From: Hypanus sabinus
Lineage: Eukaryota
Direction: 5' to 3'
NCBI RefSeq assembly: GCF_030144855.1
Contig: NC_082731.1
Coordinates: forward strand, 22,816,001-22,880,000
DNA: 64,000 nt
In this document: positions 51,001 to 62,304 of the stretch, piece by piece
Numbering within the stretch: the first letter of the stretch is position 1
Layout: each line of letters starts with the position of its first letter
Position numbers and translations under genes: made by a program
The notes under the pieces: generated by a model
Database searches by the model: none
What the model was told of the DNA's origin: nothing
The model's input: only the letters and a program-made list of their open reading frames with translations

Positions 51001-53127
51001 AGAGGGACAGAGCCTGATGAGGCCCAATGCGAGGGACTCGCCCAGGTATTTTTCCATGGCCTCCCTGTCTGGTCACAATAAATTATACAGGCGACTGGTG
51101 GGCAGCAGTTCCCCTGGAAGAAGTTTGATAGCACAGACTTAACGGCCGTCCGGAGGCAGGATAAGTGCTCGTTGTTTACTGAACACCTGACCCAGGTCGT
51201 GGTATTCAGCTGATGCCCAGGAGAGATTCAGGTCTTCGGAGAACGGCGAGGTCGCCCGAGCCTCCCTGGGAGGTGCGGCCGAAAGTAGACAGCTGGTGTG
51301 GCATGCGGGACTCCATCTGGCAATCCTCGCGGCGGTCCTGTCGATCTGGAGATTTTTCTGAGTCAGCCATGGGTAACCTAGGACTACCGGGGCTCTGGGT
51401 GACGGAATGAGGCTGAAACGTACATTTTCACGATGATTGCCGGAACGAATCAAGGTCAGGGGCCGTGTACTGTGGGTCACCCGAGCAAGCAATCTCCCTT
51501 CCGGGGCCCTGGCCTCCAGGGGGTGGTAAACGGCTCCTGCCGTATCCGGCCTGGGCGGCTAAGCCCTCGTCCAGCTGGTTACCCTCCGCACCGAAATCCA
51601 GCAGAGCGGATAGGGACAGGGACTGCAATTGATATTTCACGGTTACCGGGATCTGCATCCGTGCCTGGTGTGCAGAAGGGAGCATCATTCGGCTCACCAG
51701 GACTCCCTGTCTAAATGGTGAGACCACCCCTTTTGGCCGCTGAAGGCAGGTATCACGGAAGTGACCTGGTTGGCCGCAATCGTAACAGGCTGTAGCTCTC
51801 CATCTCCGCGTCCATTTGGCTATGCAGATCCTATTCCGTCCTTGCTGCATCGGTTCTTCTTCCAGGACCGTGTGGACAGATGGAGTAGGAAGAGCAGAGG
51901 AGCAGGAACGAAACTGTGGGGAGCCGAGGAAGGCGAGTTGGTGGAAGTCGGGGAAAGTGCGCTTATCTGAGGAGCTGGTTGACTCGTACTTTCCCCCCGA
52001 CGCTCCCGCAACCGGTCGTCCAGCTTAGTCGCTAAAGAGATTAGCGCATCTGGGCTGTCCGTGTCGTCTTTCGCTGCTAGTTCGTCCTTAATCTTTTCTG
52101 CGAGACCCTGAAGGAACACGTCCCGTAGGGCCTCGTCGCTCCATCCTGAGTCGGCTGCCAGGGTGCGGAGATCAATGGCATATTTAACCACACTCCGTGG
52201 ACATTGACACAGGGTCCGCCAGCGTCTGGCGGAGTCCTTTCCGCGAAGGGGCTGTTCAAAAACCTTCCGCATCTCCGAGCTAAAAGTGCGGCAGGAGGCG
52301 CAAACCTCAGGTTGGTTGTCCCAAATAGACGGAGCCCATGCCAGGGCTTTCCCTCGCCGCAGCTCAACGACGTACGCGATTTTAGACTTTACTGATGCAT
52401 ATGTCCGCGTCTGTTACTTGAAAACCAGGGAGCATTGCAGTAAGAATATCTAGCACCTCCCTAGGTTTCCCACGTAGGGTTCTGGCTTCGGAACATACGG
52501 CTTGCGAGAGGATCGTATTGCCGGTTCCATGGGGCAGACAGTCCAGGATGGGTCAGCCCGAGTTTTCGGGGTGTGCGACGGACTGAAGAAGACGGGCATA
52601 TGGTCCACCTGCTCAATGACCTTGGCCACACTTGTGGCCAGCATATTGACGAGTTCCGTAACTTTCTGGAGCAACTGGTTGGGCGGCAATTAACTCGCCT
52701 TGGCTGGCGAGGGCCTGCTGCACGGGATCCGAGTCCGCCTGGTTCATGACTGTCCAGATTGCTGTGTGACGGGGACGTGGCAGAAAAACGAACCCAAGTG
52801 CAGTACTCCGATGCGGAGGCAGGAACAGGAGGCAGAATCTCCATAGCTGGTGTAGAATCGGGACCAGGCTGTGTCAGGACCTGGGAGATTTAGTTTACGA
52901 AGCGATACGGGGTCGATGACTGGCAGCAAGGTTCCTCTCTCTCTGAGAGTCGACCAACAATCTGGCAAGGGCTGACCGGAGCTACCGGAGTCTTATCGTC
53001 TCATGCCAAATGTAAATCTGGTGCTAGTGATTCAGAGGAATTCGGATAGATTGGAAATCGTGTGGGGATTAAGTACCAATTAGGGAGGAGAGAGAAAAGC
53101 TGGGAAATGCCAGCCAGGTCCATGACA
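48062..53127 (-). mobile_element. Ty3/Gypsy chromovirus (sushi/Tf1-like), full structure, decayed
   Basis: Paired LTRs (TGTCATGG...GTCACA on minus) and 5-bp TSD AGAGA (48057-61, 53128-32). Gag YAIDLRTLAADSGWSDEAL with CCHC CYDCGQPGHFRDTC; protease ALLDFGAEG; RT MPFGLTN...[10 protein letters not shown] and [12 protein letters not shown]; integrase VADRFS; C-terminal chromodomain-like region. Many stops and frameshifts. Confidence 0.93.
52765..53127 (-). repeat. 5' LTR (copy B); partner 3' LTR 48062-48393; copy A equivalents 16678-17040 and 12313-12483
   Basis: Direct repeats with TG...CA termini. PBS adjacent to the 5' LTR and a purine tract (GAGGAGGG on minus) adjacent to the 3' LTR. Confidence 0.9.
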
Positions 53128-55746
53128 AGAGAAATAGAGATAATGAGTCTGTGCATTATGGCGGTGAATACGATGAAGATTCAGCTTCCTCAGAGATTTC
53201 ACCTATCAATCTGCCCTGACTGCTGTTTGATCAATCCCGTCCTCCTGTGTATGCAGGCTGGTAGCACGTGTATGGGCCAAAACTGTTCCAGAAGACAAAA
53301 GACTACTCGATGTGTTGCACACTGCAGTCTCTTGAGTTCTCCATTCTAGCGAAAATGACAGTCCCTCAGAAGATTGAAAACATTAACAATTGCTTAGAAC
53401 CTTCCTTCCTTTGACTGTCTCATGATAATGCTAAAATGAGAGGGAAAATGAGCTGGTGAGACAAGTCCAGACAGATTCTTGGAATGAGGAGCCAGAAAAT
53501 TGATCATCGTATTCACGGTCACAAAGGTACTCCTGTCACCGATATAACTGTCAATCTTTTTTCTATGCACTAATTATATTTAGTGTGCCATCTTCTCGAA
53601 AGTTCCATGGAAGAAATGGGAAGACAAAAACAAATAAATAAAACGACAACTCTGGAAAAGCACATTTGGAGATGCAATGTATTACTTCAGTGGGCTGTCA
53701 CTGAACAAAAAAATCGGCATATTTAGTAAGTGTGCTTTGTTTTTGTTTTCAATAGCAGCGATGCAGTGCGAAGGACTGCCTAACAAGCCATATGCCACTC
53801 TGTTCCTGCAACCACCGACAAAAAATGTTTATCTCGTGGTGATCAAGGAATGATTTACATTTTCCAATTCAGCAACCCCGTATTCTTTGAATTACGAAGT
53901 TAACCAGTTTCTCTGGGGAACCTCTACCTACTTGTCCGTGTGGACGTACAGTGTCTCTTCACAACAAAGCGCCTTAAATGAACTTCGAACTCCAAAGTAA
54001 CTGAAACTATCGCAGAGCAGTGCTAATCAAAACCCACATGGCGTCCAAATGGAGAGACTGAAAGAAAATTAGTGCAAGAGAGGGAAGAGATTTTTTTAAA
54101 GAAGGAAACACTGAATCAGAAAGGAATAGGCTTGCATGTCGAGTCCTGGAGGGTGAACGATTCACTTTAATGTCATATCTTTAGGAAACTCTCAGAGGGA
54201 GAACAGCTAAAGGGAGATAATAATACGTGGAAATACTGCCGGAGTAACAGGCTCGAAGGGAAAGAGACAGATATGAGAGTAAGAATGAGAGCTGATAATA
54301 CAATTAAAACACACAAACACAAAGAGCACAGAAGGCAAGAGAGGAAGCGAGAGGGTAAATAATAAAAACGAATAAAATGACAGACCGCTAAGTATAAGTC
54401 AAGCAGCGAGACAAAATAAAAATAAAACGACAGATAGATAGAGTATCTGGACTGATGTACTGAGAGAATAACAGACGTTTAGGGAGAAGAGACAGGGGGA
54501 GTGGTGATTGGAGAAAGTGATCATCGGCATTATAAAAAGTGATAAAAATAACAGAACAACACATCTATCAAGGAACGAGAAATATACAAGAGAACATTGG
54601 GAGGTATTGATGGCTAGAGTAAGGCAGAGACCTAGGAGTAGAAAGATAACGAAAGTGAGAGTAAAACAAAGGGAGTAGAAATAAACAAGGATATTGACGT
54701 AGGTAGAAATTGAGAGTGGGAGAAAGAGTTTGAGCGAGATGCAGATAGAGTGAAGGAGGGAAACCTGTATCCGACACAGCATTCATTCTTTGTGCTCCTT
54801 ACAGATGACTTGGTTTGCGCTGCCCACTGAGACTCTGTAAAAATGGACACACTTTGTACTGCGGAGCTCATGGGTTTTCCTGGGTTGTCGGTGTTTCCAG
54901 TATCTATCATCAGGGAGGAGCCAGAAGTGTACCCGCCGCGATTCGATCTGTCAATCAGGTTTCGGCTAAATTAATGTTTGAGAACGGACAGACAACACAT
55001 TTAAAATATACATAAATGAACGGGCATGCAACATTTCTTTCAGCATCTTGAGATATGTCCGACATATCAGTTGCAATATGTCCAAAGTTCTCCAGAAGAA
55101 TAACTGGGCAAGTTGTAAGCTGACTTGTAGAAATATTGAAGGATCACATACAAATATTTTAGGGGGCCTTATGTCATATTGTGCCGTATATCTTCATGCT
55201 GTTGAGCTCTATCTATCGAAGCGGGTGCAGACAAAACGCTACCCTGAGTGTTACTAAGCTCATTTGGCACTAAAACATCAACAGATAGCGAATGACGGAA
55301 TGACAAGATGTGAGCACACACCCAAAGAGACACAAACACAGACGTAAACATACGTGCGAGCGCAGTTTCTTTCCGTCAGACTTACAGATATTGACACCGA
55401 TCCGCAGAAAATGAAGCAACAATGTCAAGAGTGTAAGGATGGAAACCGCGAAGCAGAGATATGTATTTACTTTTATTCGGAGAATAGCTCCAACAAGCAT
55501 AACTGCAGTTTCTCTGTGACTTTGTCAAATTATTTTACCATTGTTTCTATGTATAATCCCGAGATATGTGCCTAAACATATGTCTCAGGAACCGACAGAC
55601 GTCTGAGATTTGCCCTGGTATTTATCGGTCCTTTGCTGAGTGACGGCAACAATCTCTCTCTTACTATTTCCACCGCAGATCTCTTTGACATGTCAATCGA
55701 CTGTACAATGGAAAAAAATGTATTTTCAAGAGCTGCAGGCTTATGT

Positions 55747-55781
55747 CGTCAGAGGGCTGTCTCAGTCAGCGGGTTGTGACG
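55747..55781 (+). promoter_or_regulatory. Candidate CRE half-sites upstream of the intact V
   Basis: CGTCA (55747-51) and TGACG (55777-81), about 200 bp upstream of the ATG, in a block conserved in copy A (CGTCA 23033-37; second site decayed to TGACA). Confidence 0.25.
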
Positions 55782-55972
55782 CTCAGTCCTTGAGGTACAT
55801 GGAGCGGTCGCATTTGGGAAAATAGGCGGAGCATGTCTCAAGGGGCTGCGTACAATTGGGCGCTTTTCACTTCCTTCCCATTATAGTACGTAAACAGTAG
55901 AATCGCAAAGTCCTGAATCCTGGTGATAATTTGTTGATGAGAAAATCATTCAACCCATTCTGCATACAAATA

Positions 55973-56018
55973 ATGTGGAGATTCGTCATCTGGATCGTGT
56001 GCGGAGCCTGGTTAACTG
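55973..56018 (+). CDS. Leader exon (L-PART1) of TCR alpha/delta-type V gene segment
   Basis: ATG TGG AGA TTC GTC ATC TGG ATC GTG TGC GGA GCC TGG TTA ACT G gives MWRFVIWIVCGAWLT+G (46 nt, phase 1). GT donor at 56019, 93-nt intron, pyrimidine-rich AG acceptor at 56110-56111. It splices in frame to the V exon. Confidence 0.85.
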
Positions 56019-56111
56019 GTTTGTACGCAGCAGACAATTCAAAAGCTTTCTCGGAACTGAATTAAAAAAAAACGATAATATAACACTTCGTGTTTTGTCA
56101 TTATTTTTTAG

Positions 56112-56418
56112 ATACGAGTCATGGAAACTCTGTCACTCAGACAATGCCACCGCAAATGAAGACAGAAGCAGAGACTGTGACTTTCAGCTGCATCTATGAT
56201 ACTACATGGGGTGGCTATACTATATATTTGTACCGACAAAGACAGGAGCAAAGTCTCGAGTACATACTGTACAGAGATAATAATAATAACGAAGACAAAG
56301 CCGAATTTGTCAAAAAACGCTTCAAATCCTCTCTGAACAAGGGCAGGAAATTATTTAGAATCACCATCTCAAAGCTGCAAATGGGCGACTCTGCAGTTTA
56401 TTACTGTGCCCTAATGAG
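56112..56418 (+). CDS. TRAV/TRDV-like: TCR V gene segment exon (TRAV/TRDV-like), open frame
   Basis: Translates (D)TSHG-NSVTQTMPPQMKTEAETVTFSCIYDTTWGGYTIYLYRQRQEQSLEYILYRDNNNNEDKAEFVKKRFKSSLNKGRKLFRITISKLQMGDSAVYYCALMS. Shows V-set Cys23, YRQ, RF, DSAVYYCAL with Cys104, followed directly by an RSS. Trp41 is replaced by Leu. Confidence 0.93.
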
Positions 56419-56457
56419 CACAGTGATGCATTGTAGTTAACTGCTCGGACAAAATTT
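56419..56457 (+). promoter_or_regulatory. 23-RSS (V(D)J recombination signal)
   Basis: Perfect heptamer CACAGTG (56419-56425), exactly 23-nt spacer, nonamer ACAAAATTT (56449-56457; consensus ACAAAAACC). Confidence 0.92.
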
Positions 56458-56724
56458 CACTTATTGTAGAATCTATGCTTTGATCGCTGCAGCTTGATAT
56501 ATTTGTAAACTCCTTTTTTCATTGTGGTTTCACGCCAGTAAGAGTACGTGTTGAAGTTTCCCTCGCCTTCGTCTGTGAAGGCTCAGCAATGGTGTAACCG
56601 CACCGCACTTTCCAATGACGCAGAGAGATCTGGAGTCTCTGCCATTTCATTTAATTTGTGAAATAAACGTTAACGCGACAAGAGATTTATGAGAGGAAAA
56701 ATTCAGACCGCCATCACTCGGGCC

Positions 56725-56726
<2 letters not shown>

Positions 56727-56792
<66 letters not shown>
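56727..56792. repeat. (GT)n microsatellite inside an about 190-bp copy-B-specific insertion
   Basis: Perfect GT run. Copy A reads ATTCAGACCGATGATGAAT without the insert. Confidence 0.95.
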
Positions 56793-56795
<3 letters not shown>

Positions 56796-57129
56796 GTTGT
56801 TCAGAATAATGGTTACTGTCCAGTGTGCCAACGATTCAATGCCATCTGGCTGCAGTTGTTTAGTCGATTAAATCAAAGGTTTTTGGCTATTTGTTCCCGC
56901 GATGATGAATCATTGTCCTGAATCTGAATAAGTGAAGTTTTGAAAAAGTCCGTAAAGGTATCAGTGAGCAGGTGCGCACAACCTGACAACGTGACCTGGT
57001 ATCTGTTCTTGCCAGTTCTCAAAACTGAGAGAGAGTGATATCTGTTAGTTTCCTTCTGATGTTTGCTGAAGCAACAGAAGTGATGGCAGCGCTGTGGGCT
57101 TTTAATGTGGAGCGTACATCTATGTTCAC

Positions 57130-59340
57130 CTACAGAGATAAGCGTGATAAGTAAGTCAGCAGAAGAAAAGGGACCCTGAATTGGGGAATGGATTTGGAAT
57201 AAACGGAACCTGAGCAAATTACGGGAGCTTGGAGAAATCCCTGTTCATGCCATCATGATAGCCGATATCCAAACCAAATGTGGGATGTTGTCTCAGAACA
57301 GCAGAATAAGAGGACATGGACGCCATGCTGGAATGGATTTGGTAATTAAATTAAAATGGTTAGGATGCATTGAAACCCTTGGTGCTGCAGAATTTGCAAT
57401 GATTCGGAACGATTCATACGATAATTTAGGCCCACAACCTACGTCGAGTCTCTCCGACGTTGTGCACACCGGATTATAAACTCTGCACATAGTGAATAAG
57501 AAAAAAAGGTGAAAGAACGAAGGAGAAAATTTACACCATTTTAGCCCACTGAGGTTGATCCGCTATTTCATGATAGCTGATCTATTTCCCTTCACATTCC
57601 CAACCACCGTTCCTCTCTTCGTATCCACTTTACACTGACCAATCGAAATCCATCTGCCTGTGTCTTAAATATAGGTACAGATTTGGCCTAAGTAGAGATC
57701 TGAGGCAAAGAATTCCACATGTTCCCCACTCTCCGGCCAAAAAAAAAAATAAAACATCCTCATCTCCGTTCAAAAAGGACGCCCATGTATTTGAGACTCT
57801 TTCTCATTTCAACATCTGCTTAATAACGTCATTTTATTATCAGTTCCAGATTCCTGTAGGGAAGCCAATACTGAATCCAAATAGCCAAGTTTCACTCTTT
57901 GCATGTCTTTGTAGATGAGGTTAAATTTATGAACATATTTAAGCGAATCCATTCACATAGATAATCCACATGCACAGCTCACACTGAAAAAAAACTAAAA
58001 CAATTTGCTGTTGCATACCCATATTTTGAACACGGGAGATTAGAATGATTTGATGGTCTTGTGAGTGGGATGATGTAATTGTCTATTGACCTTAGGAAGT
58101 GGTGGGAATGTGATGACACGTGATAACATATTCCAAACCGAATTTAAACCAACCTGCGGTTTGTGACGCAGATCTCATTTTTATTTTTGATGCAGCATTG
58201 TTGTTACTGGACGGAGGTGTGAGCCTCCACTGGTTTTGTTTATTGCACGTTCATTTTTTTTTCTTGCAGTCCAGTATCATAGAACGAAGTCATTTTCGGA
58301 GTTATCCCAGTTGAAATGACTGGATTAAGTTCATGTCGTTCAACATGTTAGTCAACGGTAGACCTTAGACTTCCTTCAGAAATTGGGGATAATGCACATT
58401 GGAGTTGAGCCTCTGCAAAGTCAGGAAGGTTTGTGTAGTGACCACCCTCCAGTGAAAAGGTCGATACTGAGAAGGAATCGATTTTTTTCGGGGATGTCTC
58501 TCCGTACTGACGGTATAAATCACATGGACTTTTGAATTTATCACTTTAACTGTGTGCGTAGATGAAAACTCATGAAAACTGTTACTATCTTTGAATGCTT
58601 TTGCCACCAAACTGATAACTTCCGGTTAAGTTAGACGTTTATTTACTTTTCTAAGAACGAGCAGAGGTTAAAAATTCTCGGGATTTATTTCAAATCCTGT
58701 CACAGTTTCATATTCATTGCTGCAGCTTTCGTAACATTGCGCCTGAATTTGAAATTCCAAAAGTCCACCCACCAACATTTCTCAGCTGAACCCATCCAGT
58801 CTCTCCTGATCAGGCAGAATGTGAACATCTTTGTAAATCTCTCATGCACGCTTTTCACACAACTATCCCCAACTGCACTACGGTAACCAGAACTTTAGGA
58901 ATTACTGTTGGTGCTGTCGCTCAGTGATAACAGTAGTAACATAACTTGATCTCAGTATCGAATTCGCTACTGGTAAGCAAGGGATTCTTTTCAGTGCACT
59001 TACACATCCAAGAAAACATGTCCTTTTGCCCAAATGCCGCTGTTCTATGAGTTCAACCTCCCACGTACTGAATAATTCCTAGCCTGGGATGTCTTACTGA
59101 AATACATCTTTTCCCGCTTACCTGTATTGCAATTAAAATGAGTTTCTTGTTTGCCCAGCAAAAGCAGGGAACTGTCGATTGCGAATAGCCAATAGGAGTG
59201 AACTGTCAACAGTTTCCAAAATGATACATTTCATTTACCTTGATGACTTGTACTGTTAAGTACCTGATCTATCTCTATTGCGGCACTTTGGGGTTGATGT
59301 TGTGCGCTTTATTCGTTGAATAACTTATACTGTTAAATCG
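57130..59340. mobile_element. Copy-B-specific patchwork of CR1 and L2-like fragments
   Basis: Absent between 24200 and 24250 in copy A. Contains minus-strand CR1-like pieces (about 57540-57960, 58640-59150) and a weak RT-like YRPF...LQRL motif at about 58365-58480. Confidence 0.55.
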
Positions 59341-61129
59341 TCTCGAATTTTTCTTCTATTGATATATAGAAGCAGTATTAGGTTACTTGACCCACCGAGT
59401 GTGCTGCCCCATTTCATAACAGCAGATTCAAATTTCCTTTCACCCCCAGTGTTCTGTCTTCTGATCATTCCCCCACAAATCCTAATTAATCTATTACATA
59501 TAAATGTTACCCTTCAATATGCATAACGTCTTGCCATCCATACCTGCGTATGGCTATGATTCACAGAGAGCCATCGCTCTCTGGTGAAAGAAATTCCTCC
59601 TCATCCTTTCTTTTTTTCTAAAATGGCACCGTTTATTCTGAGGAGGCGTCTTCTGGTCTTAGGTTCTCTCTCTCTCATGAAGGGAAGAATCATCTCTGTA
59701 CCCGCTGGATGAAGGCTTTCGCCATTACATACATTTCAATGTCATCACACCTCGTCCTTCCTACTTCCTGTGACCATGCACACAGTATCATTAAACGTTC
59801 TTTATATGCAAGCCTTTCAAAATTCAAATGATTTTCGTGAACGTCGTCGGAATCCGTTCCAGTTTGAATGAATGAATGACATTTTATTTCGGTCGGTACA
59901 AACAAAAAAAAAGTATCAATTTTATCGATTATTTCGTAACGATGGTTTCATAAAACAACATTAAAGAATAAAAATATCCTTAATACAGAATGAAAGTGTG
60001 CAGACTGAAGCTACAGCTTATTGCGTCTACCTATCTTACTTATCTGTGGCCTAATGTAGAAGGAGTCAATTTTAGAAAGCCTAGCACTTTTATGTTTCAA
60101 CATATTCCCCTCCTAACGATATCCAGTTCCGTTTAATTCTTATGCATTACACCCATTCATTTTAAATCGATTATTTTATATTTTTTCATGAAATTATTCT
60201 TAAATAACTTGTTTAACTTGTTAAGAGTGGTATTCATATTTTGTTTTAAATTCTTACTAGAACTGTTAGATACATTCACCCGTTGAATGAAATACAATGG
60301 TTATTTTGTAAAATTTGTTCTTATCCTCTAGTTTTGAAATATACATATTGCTCTTAAATCATGTTGACTTAATTTCATTTAAAACAAACTTTCGATACTT
60401 TGTGGTAACTGATCATTTGTTTACTTTATACATATTTTTTATTATTCTAAAATCTATGAAATCTCTGAATTTCAAAGTGTTTATTTGAATACATAGTGGA
60501 TTGTTTCGCTCAAAATAACTTGTCTTATGTACAGTTCTTATGAATTTATTTTGGAGCAGAAAAAATGAGTTTGTAATTGGTTTGAACATAATTCCCCATA
60601 CCTCTACACAGTAAGTCATGTAAGGGACTAAGGGAACAGTATATAGATTTCAGCACACGTTTTGCGCTCTCAGCTACGGGGCCTAAAGCTGTTCATATTG
60701 CTCCAAATGAGGCTTCAGTAATGTTTTATAGACTCTCAAAATAAAGTCCTTGTTTTTCAAACACTAGACCGATTGAATTGAATGTCAACATCGCCCTTGC
60801 CTTCCTCAACGCAGAATCTACCTGCATATTAAACTTCGGGAAGCGTGCACAAACAATCTCTATTTTCTTTGCCTAACTTTTTGAATTATTTTGTCTATCC
60901 ACTGAGTAAGTAGACAAAACTTTCATTTCCCTTACGTTTCCCCACACAGTATTCCATATGCCCCTTTTTTGTCGTTTCTACTAATCTGTCTAAGTCCATC
61001 CGTAGCCTACCTACGTTCGCAAACTGTCGTCACTCTACTCACCTTCGTATCCAGTAAAGGCAATAATTCCGTAATCCAAGTGATTAGCAGTTAATGTGTA
61101 AACAATTGGTCACAACACTCCCTGTGCAA

Positions 61130-62304
61130 CACCACCAGTCAATAGTCGTCAAACAGAAAATGCTCCCTTTACTTTCATTCCTTGAAGTAACTGAGAATTG
61201 TGCTGAAGTCAATTCATGGTGCTCCTGGATATTCTGGAAGTTTAAAAGATCTATGGAATTTTCAGGGAATGGTTTTATTGGCCCCGAATTAGCCGGAGGT
61301 ACAGGAATACTGCAAATCTTGCATTCGATGCACTAGGATGAAGACGCTGCCAACGTGGGCCACGACAATGTCCCACTTATAGAATGCGGGATCCTTTGAC
61401 CTAGTGGGGTCAACGTATTTTAACATCTGAAACACAGCTACAAGTAGAAACGAAATGAAGATATCAGGTACATTCCACTTTATCTGATGTTCGGGCACGA
61501 GGCGAGGTTATCCATCGACCTTTGTTACAGGGCCGGCGAGGAAGATCTACAACCGAAGATTTATTTTAAATATGTTTCCATTATGAGAATGGCGCTTAAA
61601 AGGACACATGAACGAGCTGAAATCGTAGATGCGAAACAGAAACAAGGAAATAAGAGAAGGTTTGATCGAAAGTTTGTTTACTCCCAAGTCAAGCCGGGAG
61701 ACCAAGTCCTCTGAGGAAATTTGGGGCTACTTGGGGAAGCATATGTTGGCTAATCGGTGGGTGGCTTCGGCCTATGAAGTTATTTACATGCCAGAGATAC
61801 TAAATTTCCGGGTGAAACCAGAATGGGAACGGGTCTGTCACGATTCTCGATCGGAACCACCTTCTGCCACTGGGACAAGAGCAGCGGTTTGACCCAGTGC
61901 CGAACTGGAGTTTAAATCTAGTCAGTGGATTCTGCGGCGGCGCGGGTGTCTGATTGAGCAAAGGCATGAGAGGTTAGACCGACCCCTCCCCCGAATGGGA
62001 TACTAGTTGGGAGAAAGAGTAAATTGGCATGTGTTATATTCTGCCTTTTGCTAATTCCCCACTGATTGAGGAAGGGATTCCCAATTATTCTCACGTTGTC
62101 AGTTGGATTCGGGGTGGGAGCGTTGTCGGCGGGTGCTATCTGCGGACAGCCGGATTTAGCGGGACACTGCACGGGCTGGAGCGGGGCTCAAACAAGCGTT
62201 CCGATTTTCAAGGAGGACACGGGATTGTGGCTTTGCATGTCGGATTGGCAATTTATCACAGTTCCATGAGGACTTCACTAAATTTGGTGGAACAGATTTT
62301 AACA
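61130..62304 (+). mobile_element. Gypsy integrase/LTR relic, copy B
   Basis: MFGHEARLSIDLCYRAG...LKRTHERA...KRRFDRK...VKPGDQVL; collinear with 26100-27234. Confidence 0.7.

Larger units (their letters stand above)
34845..62304. repeat. Segmental duplication copy B
   Basis: Direct-orientation paralog of 1-27234, offset about 35.1 kb at both ends, with copy-specific insertions. Its left limit lies somewhere between 27235 and 34845. Confidence 0.93.
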
